A stretch of DNA of 49,135 nucleotides from Spongospora subterranea f. sp. subterranea (GCA_049724395.1 JAUGWO010000067.1:124001-173135), one strand, 5' to 3'. Shown: positions 22,058 through 35,833, counted from the stretch's first letter. The notes: generated from the sequence alone by a model not told the origin. A program made the numbers and translations.

Positions 22058-23905
22058 CAGTCGAGTATCCCAGTCATGTTGTAATGCCCTATGGCCATAC
22101 AAGTCATGTTGTAATGAGCCATACATTGTTGTATCCCAGTCATGTTGTAATGCCCTATGGCCATACATTGTCATCGCCATACATTGTCAGTCGAGTATCC
22201 CAGTCATGTTGTAATGCCCTATGGCCATACATTGTCAGTCGAGTATCCCAGTCATGTTGTAATGCCCTATGGCCATACATTGTCAGTCGAGTATCCCAGT
22301 CATGTTGTAATGCCCTATTGCCATACATTGTCAGTCGAGTATCCCAGTCATGTTGTAATGCCCTATTGCCATACATTGTCAGTCGAGTATCCCAGTCATG
22401 TTGTAATGCCCTATGCCATACATTGTCAGTCGAATATCCCAGTCATTGTAATGCCCATTGCCATACATTGTCAGTATCCCAGTCATGTTGTAATGCCCTA
22501 TTGCCATACATTGTCAGTCGAGTATCCCAGTCATGTTGTAATGCCCTATGGCCATACATTGTCAGTCGAGTATCCCAGTCATGTTGTAATGCCCTATGGC
22601 CATACATTGCCGAGTATCCCACATGTTGTAATGCCCAGTCGAGTATCCCAGTCATGTTGTAATGCCCTATTGCCATACATTGTCAGTCGAGTATCCCAGT
22701 CATGTTGTAATGCCCTATGGCCATACATTGTCAGTCGAGTATCCCAGTCATGTTGTAATGCCCTATTGCCATACATTCATGTTGTGTAATGCCCTATTGC
22801 CATACATTGTCAGTCGAATATCCCAGTCATGTTGTAATGCCCTATTGTAATGCCCTATGGCCATACATTGTCAGTCGAGTATCCCAGTCATGTTGTAATG
22901 CCCTATGTTGCCATACATTGTCAGTCGAGTATCCCAGTCATGTTGTAATGCCCTATGGCCATACATTGTCAGTCGAGTATCCCAGTCATGTTGTAATGCC
23001 CTATGGCCATACATTGTCAGTCGAGTATCCCAGTCATGTTGTAATGCCCTATGGCCATACATTGTCAGTCGAGTATCCCAGTCATGTTGTAATGCCCTAT
23101 GGCCATACATTGTCAGTCGAGTATCCCAGTCATGTTGTAATGCCCTATTGCCATACATTGTCAGTCGAGTATCCCAGTCATGTTGTAATGCCCTATGGCC
23201 ATACATTGTCAGTCGAGTATCCCAGTCATGTTGTAATGCCCTATGGCCATACATTGTCAGTCGAGTATCCCAGTCATGTTGTAATGCCCTATGGCCATAC
23301 ATTGTCAGTCGAGTATCCCAGTCATGTTGTAATGCCCTATGGCCATACATTGTCAGTCGAGTATCCCAGTCATGTTGTAATGCCCTATTGCCATACATTG
23401 TCAGTCGAGTATCCCAGTCATGTTGTAATGCCCTATGGCCATACATTGTCAGTCGAGTATCCCAGTCATGTTGTAATGCCCTATGGCCATACATTGTCAG
23501 TCGAGTATCCCAGTCATGTTGTAATGCCCTATGGCCATACATTGTCAGTCGAGTATCCCAGTCATGTTGTAATGCCCTATGGCCATACATTGTCAGTCGA
23601 GTATCCCAGTCATGTTGTAATGCCCTATGGCCATACATTGTCAGTCGAGTATCCCAGTCATGTTGTAATGCCCTATTGCCATACATTGTCAGTCGAGTAT
23701 CCCAGTCATGTTGTAATGCCCTATGGCCATACATTGTCAGTCGAGTATCCCAGTCATGTTGTAATGCCCTATGGCCATACATTGTCAGTCGAGTATCCCA
23801 GTCATGTTGTAATGCCCTATTGCCATACATTGTCAGTCGAATATCCCAGTCATGTTGTAATGCCCTATTGCCATACATTGTCAGTCGAGTATCCCAGTCA
23901 TGTTG
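22058..23905. repeat. 48-bp minisatellite, ~38 units
   Basis: Unit tcagtcgagtatcccagtcatgttgtaatgccctat(g/t)gccatacattg. Five units per 240 bp in the regular part. Confidence 0.98.
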
Positions 23906-24329
23906 AGCAGCTATTCTGACTCGACAACGTACATTTAGTGTATGTTATCTTATACTCTGCATTGATGGCATTATGTACAGTTGCAACTTGAAAAACGAGA
24001 ATTTGTGTGTATCTACTAGTGTGAACTTGGTAAAAAAACGAAGAACTTTGTGCATCAGTAACCTGTCTTGATTGGTCCATGGCGTTATAACCGCATTTAT
24101 TTAGAAATAGGTACTGTGCTGTGGGTGACCGGAACTTGGTTTCTGCTCCTAAATCGCCGGCAACCCTGAAATTTGGGTGCAGCGTCGATTGCGGCAGTTG
24201 GATACGCTTGGCTGAATCTTGGATATGACTTATTTGGATTAAGATCTCGTCTTTGCCAAGATGAGTGACATTATGCCATTCGTCATGTGGTAACCCACAA
24301 ACAACTCCCTCTATCGCAAGCTTTACTTA

Positions 24330-24880
24330 GAGTACATTGACTTCAATGGTATCGCCGATCAAAATTTGATTTGCCATAAACCGCAGGAAAGGTGCAGGAG
24401 CATGCGATTAGTTTGAATCCAATGCATGTGGTATCATGAGTTGCGTCTAATGCAAAGACTCTGGCACCATACCTTTCAACAACTCGGTCATAAACTGAGT
24501 TTGGATGACTAGCAGAAGTCTAGCATGTCGAAACTGAATCCGGTTTCATCTTGAACTCCACATGCTGAATATAGACTTAGAAACGGTCTAATTCATCCCG
24601 AAGCCCAGAGATCTTACGCTTGTAACAAAGAATAGAGTTCCGTTTCTCCTTTCGCAACTTCTCAACCAAAGCGTGAACAGCTAAAGCGTCATCTTTGTTG
24701 ATCCCCTTGATGTTCACTCATCAAAATTATAGACTTGCCGAGCCTATTTCTGGTTAGATCAGCAACTTCACGATTGACGCAAGTATGGAGACCAATCATT
24801 TCAACACTAACATGTCCAGTCGTTTTGATCAATAGGAAAATGGCAGGATTAATTGAATACTTACAACGCACGTGAGTCAT
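24330..24880 (-). mobile_element. Degenerate MULE transposase remnant
   Basis: LVIQTQFMTELLK/YGARVFALDATHDTTCIGFKLIA (~24400-24510, one frameshift) fits the motif around the first catalytic Asp of MULE transposases. An upstream C...GLHTC segment resembles a Zn finger. Confidence 0.6.
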
Positions 24881-25878
24881 AAATCCTTGGCGTCAATTAG
24901 GGAAAGACCGTTGACTTGCTTAGATGAATCAGAAGATCGAACGAATGATTCGTTCTTTTCTGCGGGGAATGTGTCGTTTTGCCTTACGAGAAAGACGGCA
25001 AACAAACGATAGCTTTGAAAAGTCCTCGAACTTCGATCTTCCCTTCTGTTAATGTGGGTATTGAGTCGACCCATTATATCGAGGAAAACTGTTTTTCAAC
25101 TATAGGGACCACGTTGTCATGAGCCTTATCCGAAGATTAAACGAACTGATGAACTTGAAGAAGCCCTTACATACCGATTGTAAATGCGTAATGCAAACGT
25201 AGCTGAGCATAGCATACATTCAGAGCTGCACTTTGAGATCGCAATCGCGGAATCTGAATTGAACCGCCTTTTTATAGTTTCTTGTCACAATTTCCCCATT
25301 AATGTCATCAACTTAGTTCCTCCAACAATTTAACACAATAGAGAAACTCTACTCATTTGAAGTCGCCACGAATTCGGAAAGTTGTACAATATTTCAGCTT
25401 CAGGTCTGGAACCAAACGAGAATGTTTTCCAAGACCATCTCGCTCTCAGATGACGGTTCCACCATCATCTTCCAGATCGAAATTGCACATCGAGAGTAAA
25501 GCTCAACCTATGGATGATCATTGAAGCGCATTCAGAAAACTCTGGCAAACTCTGTTGATAAGACCACTCTCAATGATAAGGCCCAAACCCAAGGTTTAGG
25601 CCTTACGACCATTGTTTCCGAATATATATGTGATGGACTGGTCCTATTTCTTTTAAAGGATAAGTCTATCCTTATTTGTCCAAGACGGAGTAACTGCATC
25701 GAATATGAATTAACAGAGGAAATTATTCCAACTGTTCATAGTGAAGGAATAATGTTGAACTGATTAAAATTCATTTTTCACTGATACCGTGAGGACGTTT
25801 TGGTGAACTCGTATTTAGTGAAACGACCGATATCATTGTATTGATCTTTTCAGTAATGAGGCAACGATAACAGCACTT

Positions 25879-27571
25879 TTAGGGAATGAGATGACCTTCA
25901 TTGCCATTGGATTTTTCCTGAAACTATATTCCTCAGGAAAATCGGAATAACGACGGTTCATGATCATTACCGAGGACCGATCTTCCGGTTGAGGAACTTG
26001 GCTTTCTAATGTCTAAGGATAAATGGACCATGAGAAATAATCACCTGTCGCTCTGTATGATGTTAAACTGACATTGGGTATCTGTTGTTTTTCAGAAAGT
26101 TCTCGAATAATGGCTCTCATCTGAAAATCATTTGCAATATTGATTTGTCAAAACTCAATTAGGCGTCTCTCCAATAAAGTACCTCTTTGACTGCATCTTC
26201 AAATTGACTCTGACTCAATCCAGGGTCGGCCAGCGCTGTCATTGGTTTGGTTTGCTCAAACAGGTTGATGTTGCCAGAAGAAGCGATGAATATTGCAGCG
26301 AGCTCCAGGGATCCTCTTTCTTCGATCATTTCGCAATCCTAATGAAAATGGATAACTGAATGAACTTCACACTCAAATCTGTTGGATAAACTGATTAATT
26401 CAAGTTCTCAGAGGTTCATTCAAACAAACTGAATTCGGTTTGGCAACTGAATATCATTGTGATGACTGACATCACCAAACCCAATTGAACGTTTTGTTGA
26501 TATTATACCTCTTTGGTGAACATTTCCTTTACCAGTGGATAAGTTAGGTCGCTCTGTTCACAGTTGTCAGATGACTGGAATCATCAGCGATAAATAATCC
26601 AACCAAAATCATGGAAACAGATAATTTACGCCGGGAGGCAGCAGTCTCATCGTGTTCTTCATTCTGATCATCGCAGTTGTCAGATGACTGAAATACCTCC
26701 GGGGAGACACCAATCTCATTCTGTCCTCCAAACTATTGAATGATTGAATGACTGATTTTCATGCTCTGTGGGCTGAAACTGACGATGGCCGATTCCCAAT
26801 TCTCATAGGGTTCACTCATGCATAGTAGCATGTGGGTTGCCCACTGAATATTATAGTAAAGATTAACAGGACCGAATTCTATTGATCGTCTTTTCAATAA
26901 TGTACCTGCTCTGGGTTTTTACCAAATCCGGCCTGTTCTACAGCTGTATAGCAATCCTGTTTCAGTTGGGAATTTTCAGACGGATGGAGATCATAGAGAT
27001 GAATTGTTCAACCATAAGCTTGGGCCAAGAGACTCCAACCATCATCTCGGCGAAGGCCTCATGACTGAGTTCCAGCTCCTAATGAAGATGGTGAAATGAT
27101 TAAACTTGATGATGTACTATTGCTGGATTTACGTGTGATGATTCACTAGTTGCACCTCTTGTTTCGTCCTGTGGTCCATAATGATTATTATTAGACTGTT
27201 GAAGATCGTCGTTTTGTGGCTCATTAACATTTGGAACCTGAATTGCCAGTTCTACTGTTCCGTCCTGTGATCCATGATCATCAGGCTGGTACTGATGGTC
27301 ATTTTGTGGATCATCAACATCCGGAACCTGCATTGTCAGTTTGGACAGGTCCTGATCCTGACGTCGATGGTCAAGTGATTGAACTCCCAATTGCTGACGA
27401 TTGTGCAACTTACAATTGTGCTCGTTGAAGAGCCCATCTCGTTTACCTGAGATTTTTCATTATTGTGAGATAGGTGAACCCTCACTCCCAGAAACAGACA
27501 ATTACCTTTGCTGAGGAAGAGAGAGCGAATAACGCCATAGCGGCGACAATCAGCATAATCGAAGAATTCAT
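25879..27571 (-). CDS. Secreted short-exon family, copy 1 (apparently intact, ~319 aa)
   Basis: Signal peptide MNSSIMLIVAAMALFALSSSAK. Exons 27571-27506, 27446-27414, 27357-27133, 27078-27013, 26956-26906, 26843-26784, 26732-26604, 26553-26509, 26338-26183, 26120-26073, 26012-25971, 25917-25879. All are GT-AG, all lengths are multiples of 3, and the frame is open to ...GHLIP*. Confidence 0.8.
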
Positions 27572-27678
27572 CGATGTTGATCGAACGGAATCCGTTGGAG
27601 AATGAAAAGAGCTATAGGTCTTTCTCGAGCTTTAGGCCATGCGCTGGTGACAGCATGACCCAGAGATATTGCCATGCG

Positions 27679-27699
27679 CTGTGACGCCATGGACGGTTA
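27679..27699 (-). promoter_or_regulatory. Conserved upstream motif of the short-exon family (also 36396-36416 and 40148-40168, +)
   Basis: TAACCGTCC(A/C)TG(G/T)CGT(C/T)ACAG lies ~75-125 bp upstream of all three ATGs, while the intervening sequence has indels. Confidence 0.55.
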
Positions 27700-28019
27700 C
27701 GCTACATTTTGCAACTCGAGTCGACTGTGCTAACTGGGTAATTGAGGTTCGCGTTGGAGGACCCTGGCCCTCAACTGAACAGACGATATCATTGTGGAAT
27801 ACGGACAAAGAATGTGAGGGCATCAAAATTGGATGAAGTAATCCTTATCTTCCGAAGTCGAAACAGTGGACCTGAAGGATAAAGCGACTCAATATCTTAT
27901 TCGCCCCAAACCTCTCTCAGGTGACTGAGCTGGTCCGTCCTCAATTCACTGTTGGACCATACCTGAAACTCAAAAGAATTCTTGTTCGTTTCAATCCTGA
28001 TTCCGATAACAGCGCAGCA

Positions 28020-28900
28020 CAAACATTATGGAGTTTGAGACGTTCTACACAATTTTCCAACAGAATTGCCACAAGTTCAAGTCCCTTTGTGATACATAAT
28101 CGTTTAATATCTTAATGTCGTTCCCTGTTTTTCGGACGAGGATTTACCACGAATTCGGATGAATTTGTTGAACAAGTTCCCGCTTTCATTTGACCCATTC
28201 CAAAGTCTTGACATTGAAGAGCTTGCGATCTGTCAATTTCGCTGCGAATGTGATTTGTTTCAGGAATAAAAATTGGACTTATCCGATGAATTCGATTGGC
28301 ATTTTGTACACGTTGATCATTGAGTAAATAAGAAGAGGCACCATTCTAGATGGTAAATAAACTTTCCTTTGGTATGTATTGTGCAAAACATTGGGTTAAT
28401 CTGAATAGGATCAGGCAATATCTATTTGATAAAGACTTTTGATATGACTAGGGTAAAATCAACATGGAGTTTGGGTTTAACGCTGAATTGGTGTTAGGCG
28501 AAATGCCGTGTTTATGACCAAAAGAGTTTGAGCCATTTCCGTAAATCCATATCACTGGCACAGCAATACTAATTCCCGGTTCAATGTTTTCTGCCTTTGC
28601 CGAACGGTCTCGGTAGTTTTTTAAAATATATCACGAGCTGTGTGGGCAGTAGTGCTGACACTATCATTGTGCGACCATGATTGAGTCTCTGGTTTCTCTG
28701 TTTCTCCTTCATAGCCAAACGTTGGGCATTCCAGACACAATATTGGCATGTGAAAACTGGTTATGGTCCTAAAAAACATCAGTTTTACATGCATCACTAT
28801 AATGAAGACCAGCTCCTTGTCCATCTTTCTTTTTTTGCAGCAATCACCTGATTCTGGATTATTCTACCAATTCTAACTCTTGCACAAATGCGGTTAGAGG
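28020..28900 (-). mobile_element. Possible highly degenerate MULE/SWIM transposase remnant
   Basis: Across frameshifts, ELVFI/SDACK...QFSHA/ILCL resembles the second-Asp/CxxH region, and KGT*TCG resembles the start of a SWIM finger. Weak support. Confidence 0.3.
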
Positions 28901-29975
28901 GGGGCGAGTCCAAGTGAATTTGTTCATATGGTCAACGAGGTACGTCTATTATTGATGAGGCTCCTTATTGGGTGTCGAATGTCAGTTCATCATCAAAATA
29001 GAGTGATCGAGGATTGTTTTCTGATAGCCGATCACTCTTAGACACAGGAACACCATTATTTACCCACTGAAAATCAGTCGTCGGTAATGTTCGTGAAAAG
29101 GGTGTCCTTTTGGTCCCATAGTTCGCCATCCAACGATCCCTCTCTGACGGGAGAGAGCGCACGATGTACTAACATCCAGCTGTTGCTGCTCTTGAAGCTT
29201 CCGAGCGCGTCTACCTGGCCTCTCGCCCTGCCGCAGGTACGTTTGCTCCAGAATTTAAGATTCGCACAACCCAATTAAATCACCTCGGATTGCTTTGTGT
29301 TTTGATTGATTTTGGTGGTAGTATTTGAAATCGCATTTTCATGCTAGCTGTCCTGATGTGTCGTTCAATTGGTTCCATCTTGGATCTCCAAGTTGTTTTT
29401 TTGATTTTCCGCACGAGATTGTATGTGAACTATCGATGTTTTTTCTGACCAGGACGTTTGTTTAGGTTCAAACTCTATGGAAACAGTCAATTGCTCCTTC
29501 TCGCTGTCCAACAACCCGGAAATACAAAATTGCAGCAAAAAATGTCAATAGGTGCTCGGCTTTGTATTCAGAACCCGTCGCTCGAGCTATGCAACTAGAG
29601 GTAGACACTATATCAGAACCTGAGAAGCAGACTTTATTTTTCTCGAAGGGATCGTCTGGCGTGGGTAAAACCCAGATGGATTCAATTTGATGCACGCATT
29701 CCTTCCAGTTCAACGAAGGGTGTACTATTTTCTAGCAATGCCAATTCAGCTTTATTCGCAGTCGATATAACGAGTACTTTATATCTCGGGCTCCCCGTCC
29801 AGGATGCCTGACTCTCACCAGCCCACGCTTAAGTATAGCTGAATAGGTTTTGGATGACGATGTAATCATTGCCGTCATTCCCTGAGAACACCTGCGATTC
29901 CATGCCTTTGGAGAACGTTTCTCATCTCCAGTGACCCGATATCGATTTTGAGCAACGGCAATGACTTGAATATTT

Positions 29976-32275
29976 TGGACATCTTTTAATGTGTTTTGGA
30001 TTCGACGTTTTCGTTACTGATGAAACCTACTCCTGCATACTCGGTATTGGCGACGCAGCTGCTCAGTTCCCGATTCTGATACTGTGCCTTTACAGTGGCA
30101 ATGCCAATATTGGAAAGCTTGGTGCGAAGCGAAAGTAATTTTCGACTGTTCAGGCCTCCATGGCCGATCTAGGCGAAACACTGGAAAGAAGCGATCAACC
30201 CGCACAAAGCGTAATGAACAGATTTTAGGGAACCCGCTGGAGTCTGGGAAAATGGCGGCATCGACAAGATAAAATTTGCGACAGAGCTGCTGAACCGCGT
30301 TCGCGAGCAAGCTAAGATTGTTGTCAAGGGAAGAGGCAGCGCTAGAAGACTCCGAGAGGATAGATCAACTGGGGGTAATGGTTAGATCACACGACACCAT
30401 GGCACTGGCTAAGCGTTTAAACAACTGTGGCTAGAAAACGATCGCAGATTCGCTGCCTCGAGTCTGTTTCCAACAAAAATGACAGGAATGTCATTGAACG
30501 AACAGATTTCGCATTAGTCGAGCAGCGCGAACCTGGCATTTGCTGAAAGAGACGAATCCGTCCAAAATGAATACTGGCGGTACAAATGGCATGATGCGAA
30601 GAACATCAGCAGATGTTCTTCTCTCAACCAAGATTCCCATTGACTCATAATTATTTAGTGGTATCACTTAGTGATTCTTTCAAAAATCCATTTTTGAATA
30701 GATTGTACACCTAGATCTTATCTGTGGAAACGTGCTCTATGTCTTTCAAATCACTTCAATGCATTCCTGGAATGTAAATCGATTGTGAATGAAGTTGAAT
30801 TCGCGTCGCCAGAAAATATTACGCCTAACGTTTTCCAATACAATCGATTTGATTTGAAAGACATAGAGCACCTTTAGACACATAAGATGAAAGGTGAACA
30901 ATTCATTCACATATGGATTCATCGAAAGATTGCTAAGTGTTACGCTACCATTATTATTGAATATTGCCGGAGTCAATGGGAGGTTGAGAGAAGAATATCT
31001 GCTGATGTTCTTCGCATCATGCCATTTGTACCGCCAGTATTCATTTTGGACGGATTCGTCTCTTTCAGCAAATGCCAGGTTCGCGCTGCTCGACTAATGC
31101 GAAATCTGTTCGTTCATTGACATTCCTGTCATTTTTGTTGGAAACAGACTCGAGGCAGCGAATCTGCGATCGTTTTCTAGCCACAGTTGTTTAAACGCTT
31201 AGCCAGTGCCATGGTGTCGTGTGATCTAACCATTGCCCCCAGTTGATCTATCCTCTCGGAGTCTTCTAGCGCTGCCTCTTCCCTTGACAACAATCTTAAC
31301 TTGCTCGCGAACGCGGTTCAGCAGCTTTGTCGCAAATTTTATCTTGTCGATGCCGCCATTTTCCCAGACTCCAGCGGGTTCCCTAAAATCTGTTCATTAC
31401 GCTTTGTGCGGGTTGATCGCTTCTTTTTAGTGTGGACATCTTTTCATGTGTTTTGGATTCGACGTTTTCGTTACCGATGAAACCTACTCCTGCATCCTCG
31501 GTATTGGCGACGCAGCTGCTCAGTTCCCGATTCTGACACTGTGCCATTTACAGTGGCAATGCCAATATTGGAAAGCTTGGTGCGCCCAGGAAGCGAAAGT
31601 AATTTTCGACTGTTCAGGCCTCCATGGCCGATCTAGGCGAAACGCTGGAAAGAAGCGATCAACCCGCACAAAGCGTAATGAACAGATTTTAGGGAACCCG
31701 CTGGAGTCTGGGAAAATGGCGGCATCGACAAGATAAAATTTGCGACAGAGCTGCTGAACCGCGTTCGCGAGCAAGTTAAGGTTGTTGTCAAGGGAAGAGG
31801 CAGCGCTAGAAGACTCCGAGAGGATAGATCAACTGGGGGTAATGGTTAGATCACACGACACCATGGCACTGGCTAAGCGTTTAAGCAACTGTGGCTAGAA
31901 AACAATCGCAGATTCGCTGCCTCGAGTCTGTTTCCAACAAAAACGACAGGAATGTCAATGAACGAACAGATTTCGCATTAGTCGAGCAGCGCGAACCTGG
32001 CATTTGCTGAAAGAGACGAATCCGTCCAAAATGAATACTGGCGGTACAAATGGCATGATGCGAAGAACATCAGCAGATGTTCTTCTCTCAACCAAGATTC
32101 CCATTTGACTCATGATTATTTAGTGGTATCACTTAGTGATCCCCGCTTTTTCAAAAATCCATATGTGAATAGATTGTACACCTAGATCTTATCTGTGGAA
32201 ACGTGCTCTATGTCTTTCAAATCACTTCAATGCATTCCTGGAATGTAAATCGATTGTGAATGGAGTTGAATTGGC
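29976..32275. repeat. Direct-inverted-direct triplication: 29976-30805 (+), 30849-31427 (inverted), 31433-32275 (+)
   Basis: Near-identical text in all three copies, with scattered substitutions (gcaagctaagattg / gcaagttaagattg / gcaagttaaggttg). Confidence 0.92.
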
Positions 32276-33122
32276 GCGAACATTTTTACTTAAAAGCCAT
32301 CTGGGTCTTTCCCACTCCAGATCATCCTTCCAAAAAATGAAAGGCTGCTTCTCAGGTTCTGACATAGTGTCTACCTGTCGAACTACTTGCATAACTCGAG
32401 TGACGGGTTCTCAATACAAATCCGAGTACCTACTGACACGTTTTGCCGCAATTTTGTAATTCTGAATTGGTGGACAGCGAGAAGGAGCAATTTACTGTTT
32501 CCATAGATTTTGAACCTAAACAATGTTCTGGTCAGAAAAACATTGATCAAAGTAGCGCACATAAATTCTCGTGCGGAACATTATAAAGCAACTTGGAGAA
32601 TTAAAGATGGATGGAACCAATTGAACGACCCATCAGAAATGAAAAACCGATTTCAAATATTATCACTTTCATCAATCAACTTATCAGACAATTTTTGGAA
32701 ACGGTCTATCATCAAACCCATTAATTAAACGAAAAGGTGAATTCAATGGTTTGTGCGAATCCTATATATCGGAGGAAACGTACCTGCGGCAGGGCGAGAG
32801 GCCAGGTTGACGCGCTGGGCAGCGTCACGAGCAGCAACAGCTTCATCACGGTTTTCGGGCAGATTCGTCAACTCTGCTCTGCTCGCTCGTTGTTGGTGCA
32901 TCGCGAGTTCTCCCCCGTCAGAGAGGGATCGTTGGATGGCGAACTATGGGACAACGAGGACACCTTAGCGTCGGCATCGCGTTTTTTGTACAGATCCTCC
33001 AAAGACGTCAACGCGTGTGCAATAACGTGTCATGCGTCTCGCTTGACCTTTTGCGTAACGTGTCACGTCACACGACTCGTGACACGTTACGCAACAGTGC
33101 CGCTCAGAAGCATCAAAAAATG

Positions 33123-35833
33123 AAGGTGCTCCCAGCGAAACAATTTTGAATGAGCAATTTGCCCATTTCTTATCCCTGCGGCTGGATGGGACATTTTTAT
33201 ATGATGCTCGCAAGCTTAAGCCTACTTTGATTTGGTCGCAAGTGGATGATAGTGACATGATTGACCTGGCTAAGATGTTGGTCCAGATTATCGGGTTCGT
33301 AGCAACCAAGGGATTCGGCTGAGAACTGAGAGGTGTCAGAGACAAGTTGCTGTTGCCTTTAACTCCTCGCAAGAAACGAAGGGTCGATCCTTTCGTGACT
33401 TACTTTGCAGATTTAGGCTCACCATTGCGGACAAACAAATCGACGGCGATTTTTTTTAACTCAGATCAAATCATTTGAAAAAAAAGGAAGATCGCACCTG
33501 ATTTTTAAGTTTATTAAAAGTTGCTGTAAAACAGACTATTTGGGACTAGAGAGGCAACGAGAACGAGAAGGTGAAAAACAGGAGGGATGGTACACACCAT
33601 TTAACAGTCCATGATTGAATAACGAGTCGCAACAAGTTGAGATTGCGGGTCAAGGATCAGTATATAAGTCTCAAAGCGCTCGCTTTGTATCGCGAAGAAA
33701 ATCCAAGATCGACAAGTTGAAGACCATGCTGGTGACACTGACGACAGCGATGAATAAGGTGTATCCCCGCTTTAAAGACCGCTAGTGCTTCAAACTGTCA
33801 ATCTTGATTTTCTTCGCGATAGAAAGCGAGCGCTTTGAGACTTATGTACTGATCAATAACCCGTAATCCCAACTTGTTGCAACTCGGTACTCAATCATGG
33901 ACTCGCCTTTGCACAGAGTCATACTTGCACTTGCGGTCGCCGCTGATAGTCGACACACAACTTGCGCATTTGACAGCGTTGACTTGTAATAAAGCAGACA
34001 ACTCTGCAAGATGGGGTGGACGCAGTAAATAACACCAGACCTTTTGGCAATGGATGCGAAACCTCAGTCCTTTACGTTGGGTACATATTGGCCACCGACT
34101 TCCAGTTTATACTTGACCGTCAAACTCTTACGTTTGGCCTCGCATTCCTGTCCCGCCATTGTGTTGTGATTTTGAGCGTGCTGGTATTGGATTGTGATAG
34201 CGTCAGTATGCAGAATGATTGGTATTTGATCATCAGGATTTGCCCCTATGGCTACGCAGTACGCTAGTTCGCAACAAACCCAAGGAATAGTGCGGGTTGT
34301 ACTGTACACGCAACTTCCCAATTCTGCAGATTTTGAGTAAACCCGGCCTACGAACCGAATAGTGGCACACTTGACGGAATGGGAGAGGTGAGCATCCTCA
34401 GGCTCACTATTCGGGTGAAGACTGTAGTATTGCAGTTTACAGTATTTTTCGTATCTCAAAATGTATTCTGAAACGATTTTCATTCGATTGACGTGTTTTC
34501 TGGTCAAAATCAGACAACCGCTCATCCAAAATAATTTCCTCGAAATCATCGTCACATTCTGGCAATACTGATCCAAATAGCAGTGGAATCCTCCACCATA
34601 CGGAATTCGGCTTCTTCGCGCAGGTCATCCGTTTTATCTCTTGTGGTGGGAAGTCCTCATTGTTTGTCCCCAAAGGTGAGCTTTATATTTGCTTTGTAAG
34701 TCACGAAAGGATCGGCCCTTCGTTTTCCAACGACTTTTTCTAATTGCGAGGAGTTGACGGCAACAGCAACTTGTCTCTGACAACTCTTAGTTCCCAGCCG
34801 AATCCGAACGTCTCTGACAATTCTCAGTTCCCAGCCGAATCCGTTGTTTGCTACGAACCCGATGATTTGTCTCATGGTTCCGTTCGCCGCCAACAGCCCC
34901 TGACGGATTGCTGTGAATCTGGATCAAAATTTTATCGAGGTTAATCATGTCACTATCATCCACTTGCTACCAAATTGAAGTAGGCTTACGCTTGCGAGCA
35001 TCATATCATAATGTCCCATTCAGCCGCAGGGATAAGAAATGGGCAAATTGTTTCATTTGAAATTGATTCGCTGGGAGCACCTTTTATATGATGCTCGCAA
35101 GCTTAGGCCTACTTTAATTTGGTCGCAAGTGGATGATAGTGACATGATTAACCTCGCTAAGATTTTGGTCCAGATTCACAGCAATCCGTCAATAAGACAA
35201 CGAAACGGTTTCGTAGCAAACAAGGGATTCGGCTGAGAACTGAGAGTTGTCAGAGACAAGTTGCTGTTGCCTTCAACTTCTCGCAATTAGAAAAAGTCGT
35301 TGGAAAACGAAGGTCGATCCTTTCGTAGGCTCACCATTGCGGACAAACAATGAGGACTTCCCACCACAAGAGAGTGAAACGGATGACCTGCACGAAAAAG
35401 CCAAATTATTCCCTATTATTCCGTATGGTGGACGATTCCACTGCTATTTTGGATCAGTTTATGCCAGAATGTGACGAAGATCTTGAATAAATCATTTTGG
35501 AAGAGTGGGTTCTCTTTTTTGACCACCCAAACACGTCTAACGAATAAAAAACGTCCTAAAATACGGTTTTATTTCGAAACAATGGCATTCTGTTCTCAAT
35601 AAGCTTGATATCATTCGCACAACCATGGGAAACAGTTAAATTCCACACAATGTGAATAAAAATCCTGATCACTGTAAAATGGTGTGCATCATCCCTCCAG
35701 TTTCTCGTTGCCTCTCTAGTCCCAGGTAGTCTGTTTTTCAGCAACTTTTCAAAAACCCAAAAAAACGTAGGCTTAAGCTTCCGAGCATCATATAAAAAGG
35801 TGCTCCCAGCGAATCAATTTTGAATGAGCAATT
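33123..35833. mobile_element. hAT transposase C-terminal (dimerisation-region) fragments in four alternating copies
   Basis: KPTSIW*QVDDSDMINLDKILIQIHSNPSGAVGGERNHETNHRVRSKQRIRLG...QVAVAVNS fits the hAT pattern W...LA..L...P.S...ER......R.RL. Copies at 33123-33440 (+), 34460-35084 (-), 35086-35560 (+) and 35765-35833 (-). Confidence 0.75.

Noticed and set aside
22058..23905. CRISPR array or repeat-protein CDS (ORFs of 333-376 aa)
   Set aside because: Units abut with no unique spacers, no cas genes are present and the context is eukaryotic. The ORFs arise because the 48-bp unit lacks stops in several frames.
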